Positions 1 to 10,885 of a DNA stretch of 64,000 bases are shown here, piece by piece. Source of the stretch: a bacterium (GTDB taxonomy: Bacteria > UBA8248 > JACPRG01 > G963555815); the NCBI GenBank assembly GCA_963555815.3, contig CAUVWX020000002.1, forward strand, positions 512,001 to 576,000, written 5' to 3'. Below the pieces are notes generated by a model, which ran no database searches, was not told where the DNA came from, and saw only the letters and a program-made list of their open reading frames with translations. Numbering within the stretch: position 1 is the stretch's first letter; every line of letters starts with the position of its first letter. The position numbers and the translations under genes were made by a program.

Positions 1-531
1 CAAGACCCCCTTTGCATAATCAGAGCAGATGATGCCGCGGGCCCGGCGCGAGAGCCTTTTGAGTGCCGAGCACAACTGCCTCTCATAGGACCCCTCCAAG
101 GGTTTTAGATCCTCCCGGTCGATGCGAAGGACGTGCTGATTTTGGGCGATGACCCGCATCTTCCGCACGGTGGGACGGTCGGGTAGGGAGAGAACACCCT
201 CGGTGTCGATCCCCTGGGTTTCCATAAGGCGGCGAAGATGTCTGCCCTCAACGTCGGCCCCTACAACTCCTATCAGGCGCACTGGACACCCAAGGGAGGC
301 GAGGTTGTGGGCGACATTGGCGGCCCCCCCCATGGCCTCGGCCTCGTGATGCCAGCGGAGGACCTGGACAGGGGCCTCTGGAGAGATGCGGTCCACGTCA
401 CCCCAGACATAATGATCGTAGATGAGGTCTCCGACGACCAGGACGGGTCTGGGATCATCCAGACCGGCCCAGGCGCCGAGGGCGGATTGACCCTGCCCCT
501 TTTGCCCACCTACCCTCTTTCGTCTCTTCAC
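1..531 (-). CDS. hldE: D-glycero-beta-D-manno-heptose-7-phosphate kinase (HldE/RfaE N-terminal part; runs off the window edge)
   Basis: Manual translation from GTG at 531 gives PVLVVGDLIYDHYVWGDVDRISPEAPVQV, the RfaE kinase signature. Lies directly downstream of gmhA. Not in the ORF track because it is truncated. Confidence 0.88.
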   Translation of the reverse strand, partial: MKRRKRVGGQKGQGQSALGAWAGLDDPRPVLVVGDLIYDHYVWGDVDRISPEAPVQVLRWHHEAEAMGGAANVAHNLASLGCPVRLIGVVGADVEGRHLRRLMETQGIDTEGVLSLPDRPTVRKMRVIAQNQHVLRIDREDLKPLEGSYERQLCSALKRLSRRARGIICSDYAKGVL

Positions 532-542
532 GGCCCGCCCGG

Positions 543-1166
543 CTATGATTTTTTCCCCTTCTCGGGTTTCTCAGTCAGTTTCAGACGGCTTTCCACCTCA
601 CCGCAGATGACATGGAGGACTATTCTGTGGACTTCCTGGATGAGTGGCGCCTCATGGCTCGGGACAATGAGGGCCACATTGACCACCTGTTTGATGCGCC
701 CCCCGTCGGAGCCGAGGAGCCCCACCGTCTTCGCCCCGCGGTCCTGGCCCCGCCGGATACCCCGGTAGACGTTTTCCGACTCACCACTCGTGCTGATCCC
801 CACGACCACGTCCCCGGGCTCCGCCAGGGCTGCCACCTGACGCTCAAAGATGGTGGCAAACCCATAGTCGTTTCCCACAGACGTCAGGACGGAGGTGTCC
901 GTACTGAGGGCGATGGCGGCAAGGGGTCTTCGCTCGACCCGAAAGCGGCCGACCAGTTCTGCAGCGGTGTGCTGGGCGTCAGCGGCGCTACCGCCATTTC
1001 CGAAGAGGAGCACCTTTCGCCCTCTCGAGAGGGCCTCTGTGATGAAGGCCGTGGCTCGCTCTACAGCCTCCACTAAGGAAGTCTCCTCCAAGGCCTCCAG
1101 GAGAGAACGCCTCTCTAAGAGAGCCCCTTTCCAGTATGGGGTGGCCCCTTCGGCTCCCTTGGCCAT
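543..1166 (-). CDS. gmhA: Phosphoheptose isomerase
   Basis: GNGGSAADAQH, GNDYG, STSG and IQEVH SIS-domain motifs. Confidence 0.95.
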   Translation of the reverse strand: MAKGAEGATPYWKGALLERRSLLEALEETSLVEAVERATAFITEALSRGRKVLLFGNGGSAADAQHTAAELVGRFRVERRPLAAIALSTDTSVLTSVGNDYGFATIFERQVAALAEPGDVVVGISTSGESENVYRGIRRGQDRGAKTVGLLGSDGGRIKQVVNVALIVPSHEAPLIQEVHRIVLHVICGEVESRLKLTEKPEKGKKS

Positions 1167-1178
1167 CCTTCCTCCACT

Positions 1179-1880
1179 TTAGAGCTGTCCTTCGTCGGCG
1201 AAACTATAGTAGCGGCCGTCGCCGACGATGAGATGGTCCAGGACGCGAATGCCCAGGAGCTCTCCGGTCTCCTTGAGACGACGCGTGATCTGGACATCAT
1301 CTTTGCTCGGCTCGGGGTCCCCGCTCGGATGGTTGTGTACAAAGATGACAAAAGCCGCGGACTCCCCAAGGGCTGGCCGAAAGGCCTCCCTGGGATGGAC
1401 AACGCTCTCGGTGAGAGAGCCCTCTGAGATGGTTTCCACTTTCAACAATTGGTTCTTGGCGTTGAGGAGGATGACCTGGAAAATTTCCTTTCGCCGGCCC
1501 ACGAGGGAGGGGCCGAGATAGCTCGCCACATCCTCGCTCGTGTTAAAGCGGGGCGAAGGGCCTCCCGCCCGGCTAAGAAGGCGACGGCCCAGCTCGAACG
1601 CCGCCTTCACTTGGGCGGCTTTGGCAGGGCCCATCCCTACAACCTCGCAGAGCTCGGCCACCCCAGCCTCCTCCAAAGTCCGAAGGTCTCCAAATCGGTG
1701 GAGCAGGCCCCGGACGAGATCCAGAGCGCTTCCGCCCTGGGTGCTCCCCGTTCGAAGGATGATGGCGAGGAGCTCCGCCTCTCCCATGGACCTCGCCCCC
1801 CGGGCCATCAGCCGCTCCCGGGGACGCTCTCCCTTAGGCCAATCCCGAATAGCGGTGGGATAAGGACGGGGGGAGTTCAC
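1179..1880 (-). CDS. radC: RadC/UPF0758 JAB-domain protein (long form with HhH)
   Basis: ERPRERL, ELLAIILRTG, VHPRE and HNHPSGDPEPSKDD motifs. Confidence 0.95.
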   Translation of the reverse strand: MNSPRPYPTAIRDWPKGERPRERLMARGARSMGEAELLAIILRTGSTQGGSALDLVRGLLHRFGDLRTLEEAGVAELCEVVGMGPAKAAQVKAAFELGRRLLSRAGGPSPRFNTSEDVASYLGPSLVGRRKEIFQVILLNAKNQLLKVETISEGSLTESVVHPREAFRPALGESAAFVIFVHNHPSGDPEPSKDDVQITRRLKETGELLGIRVLDHLIVGDGRYYSFADEGQL

Positions 1881-1904
1881 AGGGGTTCCCCTTCTTCGAG
1901 CGGG

Positions 1905-2849
1905 TCACGCCGCCTGAAGCTTTCCCCGAAAGTAATGGGTAATGATGGCGAGCCCTTCCTCCAGCCCCACCTGGGGTTGCCACTCCAGGAGTTCCTTAGC
2001 TCGCCCGATATCGGGCTGACGGACCTTCGGGTCATCGACCGGAAGGGGCCCGTATTGGACAGAACTCTTGCTCTCCGTCACCCGGAGAATGGCCCTCGTG
2101 AGTTCCTGGATGGTAATTTCCGAGGAATTTCCAAGGTTCACGGGCTCCACGCAGGAGGAATTTATCAGGCGATATATCCCCTCGACCAGGTCCGAAATAT
2201 AACAGAAACTCCGGGTCTGAGACCCATCCCCGAAAACGGTGAGGGGGACCCCTCGAAGGGCCTGGGAGAAGAAGGTGGGGATGGCCCGGCCATCTTCAAG
2301 ACGCATGCGAGGTCCGTAGGTGTTGAAGATCCGGGCGATTCGGGTGGGAAGCCCATGGACGCGGTGATAGGCCATAGAGAGGGCTTCGGCGTAGCGTTTG
2401 GCTTCGTCATAGACCCCCCGGGGGCCGATGGGATTCACATTGCCCCAGTAGTCCTCCCTCTGGGGGTGCTCTTTGGGGTCCCCGTAGACCTCGGAAGTAG
2501 AGGCCAGGAGAAAGGTGGCCCCTTGGGCCTTGGCCAAACCGAGGGCGTTCAGGGTTCCAATGGCTCCCACCTTCAGGGTCTGGATGGGGAGTTCAAGGTA
2601 ATCGAGCGGACTCGCGGGGGAGGCGAAATGGAAGACGAAATCCAAGTGCCCCTCGACGGAGATGTAATTGGTGACGTCGTATTCGAGGAACCGAAACCCC
2701 TGACCGCCCAGGTGGGCGATATTCTCATCGTTCCCCGTGAGGAGGTTGTCCATGCAGATCACCTCGTGGCCCTTTGCCAAGAGGTATTCGCAAAGGTGAG
2801 ACCCGATAAAGCCGGCCCCCCCCGTCACGAGGCTCTTCAGTGGCTTCAC
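1905..2849 (-). CDS. UDP-glucuronate decarboxylase-like extended SDR
   Basis: [25 protein letters not shown] and [10 protein letters not shown] motifs; follows ugd. Confidence 0.9.
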   Translation of the reverse strand: MKPLKSLVTGGAGFIGSHLCEYLLAKGHEVICMDNLLTGNDENIAHLGGQGFRFLEYDVTNYISVEGHLDFVFHFASPASPLDYLELPIQTLKVGAIGTLNALGLAKAQGATFLLASTSEVYGDPKEHPQREDYWGNVNPIGPRGVYDEAKRYAEALSMAYHRVHGLPTRIARIFNTYGPRMRLEDGRAIPTFFSQALRGVPLTVFGDGSQTRSFCYISDLVEGIYRLINSSCVEPVNLGNSSEITIQELTRAILRVTESKSSVQYGPLPVDDPKVRQPDIGRAKELLEWQPQVGLEEGLAIITHYFRGKLQAA

Positions 2850-2851
2850 CC

Positions 2852-4144
2852 TCAGGGCCGCCCAAGACTGTAGTATTCAAACCCAAGGCGCCGCTTCCGT
2901 TCCGGGTCATAGATGTTACGACCGTCGAAGATGACGGGCCGAGCCATGAGCTCTTTAATGCGCGTCATGTTCAACTGGCGAAACTCCCGCCACTCCGTCA
3001 GGACGGCCAGGGCGTCGGCCCCTTCGGCCACCTCGTAAGAGCTCTGACAAAACTGTACATCGTTGAAGATGCGACGGGCGTTCTCCATGGCCACCGGGTC
3101 ATAGACCTTGACCCGGGCCCCCTCGGCCTGAAGCCCCCGGATGATCTCGACGGACTTGGCGTCCCGCATGTCGTCGGTATTGGGCTTGAAGGCGAGGCCC
3201 AGAACTCCGATCATCTTCCCCTTGAGCCCCCCCAGTTTTTCCCGCATCAGGGATAAAAAGCGGGCACCCCGGTCCCGGTTGACCGCTTGGGTCGCCTTGA
3301 GGAGGTCGAACTCGTAGCCGAACTTGTGCGCGGTGTGAATCAAAGACTCCAGATCCTTGGGGAAACAGGACCCCCCGAAACCAAGGCCAGCCTGGAGGAA
3401 CTCCTTCCCGATGCGCTGGTCATAGCCCATCCCCTTGGCCACATCCTCCACACTCGCGCCAGCGCGCTCACAGATATTGGCAACCGCGTTGATGAAGGAG
3501 ATCTTGAGCGCCAGAAAGGAGTTGCTGGCGTACTTGATCATCTCCGCGCTGTAGACATCGGTGATGAGCATGGGCCGCTCCAGGGGGGCGTAGAGCTCAA
3601 GGAGGCGCATCGCCACATTCTTGTTGGGGGCCCCGATCACGATCCGATCAGGCGCGAGGGTGTCCTGGATGGCAGAACCCTCGCGCAGAAACTCCGGATT
3701 GGAGACCACATCGAAGTCCACGTCGCTGCGCTTATCTCGTTCGATGATCTCCGAGACGAAATCCCCTGTCCCAACCGGGACCGTGCTCTTGTTAACGATG
3801 ACCTTGTAATGGTTGATGGAGCGGGCAATGGCCTTAGCGGCCTGCTCTACGAAGGAGAGGTCCGTCTCGCCATTCTCTCGGGGGGGAGTCCCGACGCAGA
3901 TGAAGATGATGTCGGAGGCCCGCACCGTCTCATCGAGATCGGTGCTAAAGGAGAGCCTGTTATCGGCCACGTTTCGGTGGACCATCTCCTCCAGCCCCGG
4001 CTCGTAGATGGGCATCTCCCCGCGGCGCAGGAGGTCAATCTTCTCCTTAATAATGTCGACACAGATGACGTCATTGCCGAGGTCCGCGAAGACAGCCCCC
4101 GTCACCAGACCCACATATCCCGCTCCAAAAACCCCTACCTGCAC
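2852..4144 (-). CDS. ugd: UDP-glucose 6-dehydrogenase
   Basis: [25 protein letters not shown] and FKPNTDD motifs. Confidence 0.95.
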   Translation of the reverse strand: MQVGVFGAGYVGLVTGAVFADLGNDVICVDIIKEKIDLLRRGEMPIYEPGLEEMVHRNVADNRLSFSTDLDETVRASDIIFICVGTPPRENGETDLSFVEQAAKAIARSINHYKVIVNKSTVPVGTGDFVSEIIERDKRSDVDFDVVSNPEFLREGSAIQDTLAPDRIVIGAPNKNVAMRLLELYAPLERPMLITDVYSAEMIKYASNSFLALKISFINAVANICERAGASVEDVAKGMGYDQRIGKEFLQAGLGFGGSCFPKDLESLIHTAHKFGYEFDLLKATQAVNRDRGARFLSLMREKLGGLKGKMIGVLGLAFKPNTDDMRDAKSVEIIRGLQAEGARVKVYDPVAMENARRIFNDVQFCQSSYEVAEGADALAVLTEWREFRQLNMTRIKELMARPVIFDGRNIYDPERKRRLGFEYYSLGRP

Positions 4145-4166
4145 TGTCCGCCTCCCTGGGTTCTCA

Positions 4167-5174
4167 TCATCGGTTGGCGTACATCCGCTGGTAGTAGGCG
4201 CGGAACTCTCCGTCCCGAATGCGTCGCCACCAGCCAGGGTTCTCGACGTACCAGCGGATCGTCTTCGGCAAACCCTCCTTCAGAGTAACCTTGGGAGACC
4301 AGCCCAGTTCGCGCTCGATTTTCTTTGCGGCGACGGCGTGGCGGCGCACATGGCCCGGGCGGTCCGTCACACTCTGGATGAGGTCTTCAGGCTTCTCGAG
4401 AGTCTTCAAAATAGCGCGGGCCATCTCGAGGATAGTCCGCTCCTCCCCGGTCCCGATGTTGAAGGTCTCGCCCTCGATCCCCGGGGCCTGGGCCAGAAGC
4501 TCCAGGGCCCGGCAGTGGTCCTCTACGTGGATCCAGTCCCGGCTGTTCAGCCCGTCGCCGTAGACGGGGAGGGGTTTATCCTCCATCGCATTGGTGATGA
4601 AGAGAGGAATCATCTTCTCTGGGTACTGAAAGGACCCGTAGTTATTGGAGCAACGGGTGATCACGACGGGGGTCCCGTAGGTGGCGAAATAGGCGAAGGC
4701 GAGACGATCCCCCCCGGCCTTGCTGGCCGCATAAGGGCTCTTCGGCATGAAGGGGTCCTCTTCTGTCGAGGGTTTTTGTCCGGCCTCGCCATACACCTCG
4801 TCGGTGGAGACTTGGACAAACCGCCGGATGGAGGACTCCCGGGCGGCCTCCAGTAGGACGTGAACACCCAGCATGTCCGTCTGGATGAAAGAGGCGGGGT
4901 CGCCAATGGAGCGATCCACATGGGTCTCGGCGGCGAAGTTGACGATCAGGTCCACCCGCCCGATCAGGGGGCGCACATCTTTGGGGTCCGCGATGTCGCC
5001 CTGGTGAAACTCATAGTGGGGATGCTCGGCCAGATCCGACAGGTTTTCACGGTTGGCGGCGTAGGTGATCTTGTCGAGGTTGATGACGCGAAGGTCCGAA
5101 TTTTGACCGAGGAGGTGGCGGATGAAATGGCTCCCAATAAATCCAAGACCCCCCGTGATGAGCCAGGTCTCCAT
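4167..5174 (-). CDS. rfbB: dTDP-glucose 4,6-dehydratase
   Basis: AAETHVDRSI, STDEVYG, YAASK and CSNNYG motifs. Confidence 0.93.
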   Translation of the reverse strand: METWLITGGLGFIGSHFIRHLLGQNSDLRVINLDKITYAANRENLSDLAEHPHYEFHQGDIADPKDVRPLIGRVDLIVNFAAETHVDRSIGDPASFIQTDMLGVHVLLEAARESSIRRFVQVSTDEVYGEAGQKPSTEEDPFMPKSPYAASKAGGDRLAFAYFATYGTPVVITRCSNNYGSFQYPEKMIPLFITNAMEDKPLPVYGDGLNSRDWIHVEDHCRALELLAQAPGIEGETFNIGTGEERTILEMARAILKTLEKPEDLIQSVTDRPGHVRRHAVAAKKIERELGWSPKVTLKEGLPKTIRWYVENPGWWRRIRDGEFRAYYQRMYANR

Positions 5175-5179
5175 GGGTT

Positions 5180-5671
5180 TCAGCCGTCCTTTCGGTCCCA
5201 GTCGTAGGGGACAGGTCCCCCGTGGGGCGGGAGGCGGTGCTCGTCCGGGGCCTCATAGCGGTAGACTTCGGTGGGGACATTGATCATGAGCATCACGTCC
5301 TCACCGATGCATTTGAACCCGTGATAGACATAGGGAGGGATCTGAACAAGGAGGGGGTTTTGTTCCCCCATGAAAAACTCGTTGATGAGGCCGTGGGTGG
5401 GGGAATCCTTCCGGGAATCGTAGAGGACCACCTTGGCCATCCCACGAACACAGACAAAGTGATCCACCTGCCCCTTATGATAATGCCAGGCCTTGACCAC
5501 GCCGGGATAAGCGGCTGTCACGTAGACCTGGCCAAAACCCTGGAAGAGGTCATCGTCTTTCCGCAGGATCTCCATCAGCCAACCCCGTTCGTCGGGGATA
5601 ACCTTCAGGCTTTTTGTCTGCACCCCCTCAATGAGGCGGCTCGACGCCTTTACCTCCGCTTTTTCGCTCAC
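5180..5671 (-). CDS. rfbC: dTDP-4-dehydrorhamnose 3,5-epimerase family cupin
   Basis: DERGWL, KAWHYH and YHGF cupin motifs; position within the rml cluster. Confidence 0.85.
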   Translation of the reverse strand: MSEKAEVKASSRLIEGVQTKSLKVIPDERGWLMEILRKDDDLFQGFGQVYVTAAYPGVVKAWHYHKGQVDHFVCVRGMAKVVLYDSRKDSPTHGLINEFFMGEQNPLLVQIPPYVYHGFKCIGEDVMLMINVPTEVYRYEAPDEHRLPPHGGPVPYDWDRKDG

Positions 5672-6732
5672 TGCACTACCACTCGGGAGTAATCACCCAC
5701 CATAAAACGGCACGCTTCGGGTTTCAGGGAGGACCGCGTAATGACGGCGTTTCGGCCAATGAGGCTGTCCGTGATCCGCCGCGGGATCCCCGAGGCCTGG
5801 CTCCCCTCTAGCAGGATGCTATTCTCGATCTCGCAGGCGTCGATTCGAACGCGGGGCCCCAGGGCGGTAAAAGGGCCGATATAGGAATCCTTCACCTCAG
5901 CCCCCTCTCCGATCACAGCCGGGCCCCGGATGACGCTGCGGATCACTCGGCTGCCGGGGCAGAGGGCCACCTTGAACTCGATCCGGGAATCCTTGTCCAC
6001 GTCTCCGTCCCGCTGGTCCTCGATGTCATCCAGGATGAGGCGGTTTGCCTCAAGAAGGTCTTCCAGCTTTCCTGTGTCTTTCCACCAGCCCTTGACCACG
6101 TGGGAGTGGACCTTCCGTCCACCGTCAATGAGGTGCTGGATGGAATCAATGATTTCTAGCTCTCCGCGGGCCGACGGCCGGATGGCCCGGGCCGCCCCAA
6201 AGATTTGAGAGTCAAACATGTAGACCCCGACGACGGCCAAATTGCTCTTGGGACTGGCCGGCTTCTCCTCCAGACGGATGACGCGTCCTTCCCGAAGCTC
6301 CGCCACCCCGAACTCGCTTGGGTTTGGGACCGGGCAAAGGAGAACCATGGCGTTGGGCTGCGCAGACTTGAACTCCGCCACCAGGTCAGAGATCCCCCCT
6401 TTGATGAGGTTGTCCCCGAGGTACATGACGAAAGGAGAGTCTTGAAGGTAAGGTTCCGCTGTGAGGACCGCATGGGCCAGGCCAAGGGGCTCTGGCTGTT
6501 CGATGTAGGTAACCTCCAACCCCCAGCGGCTCCCGTCGCCAACGGCCGCTTTGATGTCCTCCTTGGTGTCCCCCACGATGATGCCAAGCTCTCGGATCCC
6601 CGCCTCTCGAATGGCCTCGATGCCATAAAAGAGGACGGGCTTGTTCGCCACGGGGACTAGCTGTTTGGCGTTGGTATAAGTGAGGGGGCGAAGCCGGGTC
6701 CCCCGTCCCCCGCTTAGGATAAGACCTTTCAC
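5668..6732 (-). CDS. rfbA: Glucose-1-phosphate thymidylyltransferase (long form)
   Basis: GGRGTRLRPLT, KQLVPVANKP, EEKP and WWKDTG motifs; C-terminal hexapeptide-like region. Confidence 0.9.
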   Translation of the reverse strand: MKGLILSGGRGTRLRPLTYTNAKQLVPVANKPVLFYGIEAIREAGIRELGIIVGDTKEDIKAAVGDGSRWGLEVTYIEQPEPLGLAHAVLTAEPYLQDSPFVMYLGDNLIKGGISDLVAEFKSAQPNAMVLLCPVPNPSEFGVAELREGRVIRLEEKPASPKSNLAVVGVYMFDSQIFGAARAIRPSARGELEIIDSIQHLIDGGRKVHSHVVKGWWKDTGKLEDLLEANRLILDDIEDQRDGDVDKDSRIEFKVALCPGSRVIRSVIRGPAVIGEGAEVKDSYIGPFTALGPRVRIDACEIENSILLEGSQASGIPRRITDSLIGRNAVITRSSLKPEACRFMVGDYSRVVVQ

Positions 6733-6967
6733 CTACAAAACACCCTCCCACGAGGAGGCGAAAACCATCGCTCGGGGTGTGCAAGAAAGGGACAGCCTTT
6801 CCGACGGACAAACCGTCCCTTCGTGGCCCTCCACTGGGAGAAATCCTGAAGCGAACTCCATATCAGAATCCCCTCCCATTCCGGTGCCACCATATCCCAC
6901 CGCTTCCTCCCAAGTCAAGGTTTGTGCCGGTCCACAACGCACGAGACACAAGGGCCGAGGGGCCTCC

Positions 6968-8137
6968 TCACACCCTGGCGTGGGGGTCGAAAAGTTTTTG
7001 GTGCTCGTCTTGGGCGAAGCGGTCCGTCATCCCGGCGACGTAGTCGCAGATGACCCTCTCGGCCCCCTCCGACCCTGTTTCGATCTTTTCAAACACCCGG
7101 GGCGGGAGCTGCTCGGGCTGCTTGAGGTAGACCTGAAAGAGGTCCGTCAGGATTCGATCGGCCTTGTTCTCCATCCTCATCACTCGGTGGTGCCGATACA
7201 TATGGCGAAAGAGGTACGCCTTGAGAGCGGCGTTCTTCTCAGCGGCAGCCTCACTGAAGCCGACTATGCGGTGGGGGTGAGCCCGCACCTCGTCGGGGTT
7301 CTGGATCCCAAGGGCCCTTAGTCTCTCCTCCGTGGTATTGATGACGTCGCCCACCTGCTCGTTGATCACCCGGCGGATGGTCTGGTGCTTGTGGACGCGG
7401 AACTCTGCACTCGGGCATTCCGAAACGGCCGCCTCGTAGTGCGTGCGCCAGAGGTCGATGGTCATGAGGTGCCCTGGCTCCAACATGCTGGAAGAGAGGC
7501 CGTCGTCGATGTCGTGGTTGTTGTAGGCGATCTCGTCGCAGAGGTCCGCGACCTGCGCCTCAAGCGGTGGGGAGGGCCCGGGCCTCAGATCGGGGCGGAC
7601 CTCCTCACGGCCGGGTCGGTCAAACTCCGTCGTATGCTTGCTGATCCCCTCCAGGGTCTCCCTGGTGAGGTTCAAACCCTTGAAGTCAGGGTAGCGGTCC
7701 TCGAGAATCTCGACCAGCCGCAGCCCTTGCCGGTTATGCTCAAAGCCCCCATGGCCTTCCGTGAGACGGTTGAGGACCGCCTCTCCCGAATGTCCAAAGG
7801 GGGGATGGCCGAGGTCGTGGGCGAGGGCGATGGCCTCGGCCAGGTCTTCGTTTAGCCGAAGGGCCCGGGCGATAGTCCGGGCCATGGAAGCCGCCTCCAG
7901 GGTGTGTGTGAGGCGCGTGCGAAAATGGTCCCCCTCGTGATAGACGAAGACCTGGGTCTTATATTCGAGGCGGCGAAAGGCCCTGGAGTGAACAATCCGG
8001 TCCCGGTCCCGTTGAAAGGCGATCCGGAAAGGATGCCCTGCCTCGGGATATTTTCTGCCCCGAGAGTCGCCGGACTTGATGGCATAAGGGGCAAGATTCC
8101 GAGTCTCCTGGTCCTCCATCTCCTCTCGCGTCAACAA
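6968..8137 (-). CDS. dgt: Deoxyguanosinetriphosphate triphosphohydrolase (HD family)
   Basis: RRLEYKTQV, RTRLTHTLE, AHDLGHPPFGHSGE and DYVAGMTD motifs. Confidence 0.95.
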   Translation of the reverse strand: MLTREEMEDQETRNLAPYAIKSGDSRGRKYPEAGHPFRIAFQRDRDRIVHSRAFRRLEYKTQVFVYHEGDHFRTRLTHTLEAASMARTIARALRLNEDLAEAIALAHDLGHPPFGHSGEAVLNRLTEGHGGFEHNRQGLRLVEILEDRYPDFKGLNLTRETLEGISKHTTEFDRPGREEVRPDLRPGPSPPLEAQVADLCDEIAYNNHDIDDGLSSSMLEPGHLMTIDLWRTHYEAAVSECPSAEFRVHKHQTIRRVINEQVGDVINTTEERLRALGIQNPDEVRAHPHRIVGFSEAAAEKNAALKAYLFRHMYRHHRVMRMENKADRILTDLFQVYLKQPEQLPPRVFEKIETGSEGAERVICDYVAGMTDRFAQDEHQKLFDPHARV

Positions 8138-8219
8138 TGCAGGCCTCCTTCGGGGCTCATCCTCTTGAAGGGTCTCCGATTTGAGTGTCCCCGGCGGGGC
8201 AAATCCTTCGGGTTCGAGT

Positions 8220-9005
8220 TCATTTGATGAGGCGCTTTCGGATCATGCGGACCGCGAGAAGATAGAGGAAAATAGAGGCCACCGTCAACCACAGGACGGC
8301 CGGCAGGACAGCCCCCAGTCCCTCTCCCAAGGTCAGGGCGCGCACAGCGCTCACCGCATGAGTCAGGGGAAGGGACCAGGCCGCCCACTGGACGACAGGG
8401 CCAAAATCTGAAATGGGAAAGAAGATTCCTGAGAGGAAGAACATGGGTGTGATGAGGATCGTGTAGTGATAGTTGAAAAAGAAATAGGACGGGGACAAAG
8501 CTGTCACGATCATCCCGATGGAAGCGAAGAGGAACCCCTGGATGAAGACAACGGGGAAAACGAGGAGGACAAGGGGGGAGCGCACCAGGCCGAAAACGGC
8601 CATGACCACTATCATGGTGAAAGCGCTGAGAAGGGCTCGGGTGGTGGCCCACAAGATGTCTCCTGTCACGATGTCATCCACCGAACAGGGCGTGGCCAGA
8701 ATGCCGTCGTATGTCCCCTGCTGTGTCATCCGGGTGAAAGCGCCATAGGTGGACTCCAGAGAAGAAGACCACATGGAAGAGGAGACCACGAGACCCGGCG
8801 CGATGAACTGGAGATAGGGGACGTCCCCTCCCAGCCGGATGTAGGCCCCCACGCCAAGGCCCATCCCCAGAAGATAGACGAGATGCTCCCCCAGGTTCCC
8901 CACGATGGCGGCTAGATAATAGCCCCGAAAGGAATCCCGGTTCCGCTGCCAAACCCGCAGGGCCCCACGCGAGACATCGGGGAGAACGGCCACCAGAGCG
9001 TTCAT
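8220..9005 (-). CDS. ABC-2 exporter permease (NodJ-like)
   Basis: About six TM segments; YLQFIAPGL, PMFFLSGIFFP and LPLTHAV motifs. Confidence 0.88.
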   Translation of the reverse strand: MNALVAVLPDVSRGALRVWQRNRDSFRGYYLAAIVGNLGEHLVYLLGMGLGVGAYIRLGGDVPYLQFIAPGLVVSSSMWSSSLESTYGAFTRMTQQGTYDGILATPCSVDDIVTGDILWATTRALLSAFTMIVVMAVFGLVRSPLVLLVFPVVFIQGFLFASIGMIVTALSPSYFFFNYHYTILITPMFFLSGIFFPISDFGPVVQWAAWSLPLTHAVSAVRALTLGEGLGAVLPAVLWLTVASIFLYLLAVRMIRKRLIK

Positions 9006-9952
9006 TCCCTAAGCTCCCTTCCCGTCAGCTTGAGAAAGAAATCCTCCAGGGTGGCAGGCCGATGGAGGACGTTCTCCACCCGGACCGCCCTGAGGGCCTG
9101 CACAATTTCCACGGCGCGATCGCTGAAGAGATAAAGGGTGTCTCCCCATCGCTCGATGGTATATGCATCGCCGGGGATTTGCGCCAGGAGGGCCGCCTCC
9201 TCCTCTTTCTCCACCCGAAGCTCCACCACCTCCCGACCCACCCTCCTCTCCACCAGCTCTTGGGGGCAACCCTCGACAACAATTTTCCCCCGATCCATCA
9301 CCACCACCCGGTCGCAGAGCTGGGCCGCTTCTTCCATGTAATGAGTGCTTAGGAGGAGAGTCACCCCTTGGCGCTTCAGGTGGCGAAGGCGCTGCCAGAT
9401 GAGGTGGCGGGCCTGGGGGTCAAGCCCGGTTGTGGGTTCATCCAAGAGGAGGAGAGTGGGTCGGTGAATCAGGGCCCGGGCCACCAGGAGGCGCCGCTTC
9501 ATCCCGCCAGAGAGCTGTTCAATCCTGACGCCCGCCTTTCCCGAAAGCTCCATGAAGGTCAGGAGGTCATCGGCCCGCTGTCTTGCCTCTGGGGCGGGAA
9601 GGTCAAAGTAGCGGGCATAGGTGAGGAAGTTTTGACGGACGGTGAGATCTGGGTCGAGGTTCGTCTCCTGAGAGACGACGCCGATCTGCCGCTTGATGGC
9701 CCGGGCGTGATTCCTCACATCAAGACCGAGGACCATCAGCTCACCCGCAGTGAGAGGTGAGGCCCCGTAGATCATCTTCAGGGTCGATGTCTTCCCTGCC
9801 CCGTTGGGTCCGAGGAGGCCGTAACACTCCCCCCGGGAGACCGATAAGTCGATCCCGTCAACGGCCACGAGGCTGCCAAAGCACTTCACCAGCCCCTGGG
9901 CCACCACCACCTGTTCAGACGTACCCACTATGGATTCAGGCAAGGGAGACAC
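9002..9952 (-). CDS. ABC exporter ATP-binding subunit (NodI-like)
   Basis: Walker A GPNGAGKT, signature LSGGMKRR, Walker B LLLLDEPTTGLD. Confidence 0.92.
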   Translation of the reverse strand: MSPLPESIVGTSEQVVVAQGLVKCFGSLVAVDGIDLSVSRGECYGLLGPNGAGKTSTLKMIYGASPLTAGELMVLGLDVRNHARAIKRQIGVVSQETNLDPDLTVRQNFLTYARYFDLPAPEARQRADDLLTFMELSGKAGVRIEQLSGGMKRRLLVARALIHRPTLLLLDEPTTGLDPQARHLIWQRLRHLKRQGVTLLLSTHYMEEAAQLCDRVVVMDRGKIVVEGCPQELVERRVGREVVELRVEKEEEAALLAQIPGDAYTIERWGDTLYLFSDRAVEIVQALRAVRVENVLHRPATLEDFFLKLTGRELRE

Positions 9953-10000
9953 GCAAAAAAACCTGACCTTAGACCGGGTCTTTGGAGGATCGAGTCTAGA

Positions 10001-10225
10001 CTAACCGCATCCGCAGCTGCTGGGGGTGCAACCGCAGGAACCCCATTTAGGACCCGAGAAGGACGAAGGGGCCTCTGCGAGCCTCACCCCAAAGGTCGAG
10101 AGTTGTCTGGCAACGGCCTGAGAACTACAAGAGGGGCAGCTCAGCCCATCGGGCTTGCCAGGGAGGGACAATTTCTCAAAGTCCTCCCCGCAACTTTTGC
10201 AGTGAAACTCGTAGATGGGCATCAA
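10001..10225 (-). CDS. FmdB-family zinc-ribbon protein
   Basis: MPIYEFHCKSC...CPSCSS with a Cys/Gly-rich tail. Confidence 0.85.
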   Translation of the reverse strand: MMPIYEFHCKSCGEDFEKLSLPGKPDGLSCPSCSSQAVARQLSTFGVRLAEAPSSFSGPKWGSCGCTPSSCGCG

Positions 10226-10233
10226 CCTCCCCC

Positions 10234-10885
10234 CTAGAGATTGCGCTGGGCACTCTGCCAGTCCCGCAGAAACCGCTTGAGGCCCTGGTCCGTCAGGGGG
10301 TGCCTTAACAGCTGCCTCAAAACTGAGAAGGGCATGGTCCCCACGTCGGCCCCCGCCAAGGCGGCCTGCACCACATGGACAGGGTGTCGGATGCTGGCCA
10401 CCAGGACCTGCGTCTCAAAGCCATAGTTGTCGTAGATGGCCAGGATATCCTCAACGGTTTGCATCCCCTGATGGCTGATATCGTCCAGCCGGCCCACAAA
10501 GGGGCTAACGTAGCTTGCCCCCGCCTTGGCAGCCATCAGGGCCTGGGTCGGAGCAAAAGCACAGGGTCACGTTCGTCGGCGTCCCCTCTTCACTGAACCG
10601 CTTGACCGCCTTCAGTCCTGCTGCGCCCATGGGAACCTTGACGACAATGTTCTCAGCGATCCGGGCCCAGTCGCGACCCTCCACCAGCATCCCCTCGAAA
10701 TCCTCAACCAGGACCTCGGCGTTCACAGGCCCATCCACGACCTCGCAGATCTCCTCCAGGGTCTTTCGGTAGTCTTTCCCTTCGCGGGCAATCAGGCTGG
10801 GATTGGTCGTAATCCCGTCAATGACCCCAAGCTCCCAGGCCTCGCGAATCTCCTCCAGATTGGCCGTGTCGAGAAAAAATTTCAT
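10234..10885 (-). pseudogene. fsa: Fructose-6-phosphate aldolase/transaldolase, frameshifted (possible sequencing error)
   Basis: [22 protein letters not shown] and TNVTLCF in one frame; [25 protein letters not shown] in the next. One extra base in the A4 run at 10555-10558. Confidence 0.88.

Noticed and set aside
1179..1880. radC as a mobile-element or anti-defence marker
   Set aside because: It is the long chromosomal form embedded in a housekeeping operon with no mobile genes nearby.
1449..4856. Long antisense ORFs (474, 333 and 282 aa) and similar ones elsewhere, e.g. 25267-26406, 33624-34808 and 62186-63316
   Set aside because: They are shadow ORFs opposite well-supported genes, expected at high GC, and have no recognisable motifs.
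6733..6951. 72-aa ORF or riboswitch upstream of rfbA
   Set aside because: The ORF has no motif and overlaps a probable promoter (TTGACT-N18-TATGGT). The short hairpins match no riboswitch or ops element I recognise.
6968..8137. dGTPase as an anti-phage nucleotide-depletion system
   Set aside because: It is the ordinary short housekeeping-type Dgt with no defence-island context.
8220..9952. NodIJ as evidence of Nod-factor export
   Set aside because: No nodABC genes in the window, and this ABC-2 subfamily is widespread in non-symbionts.
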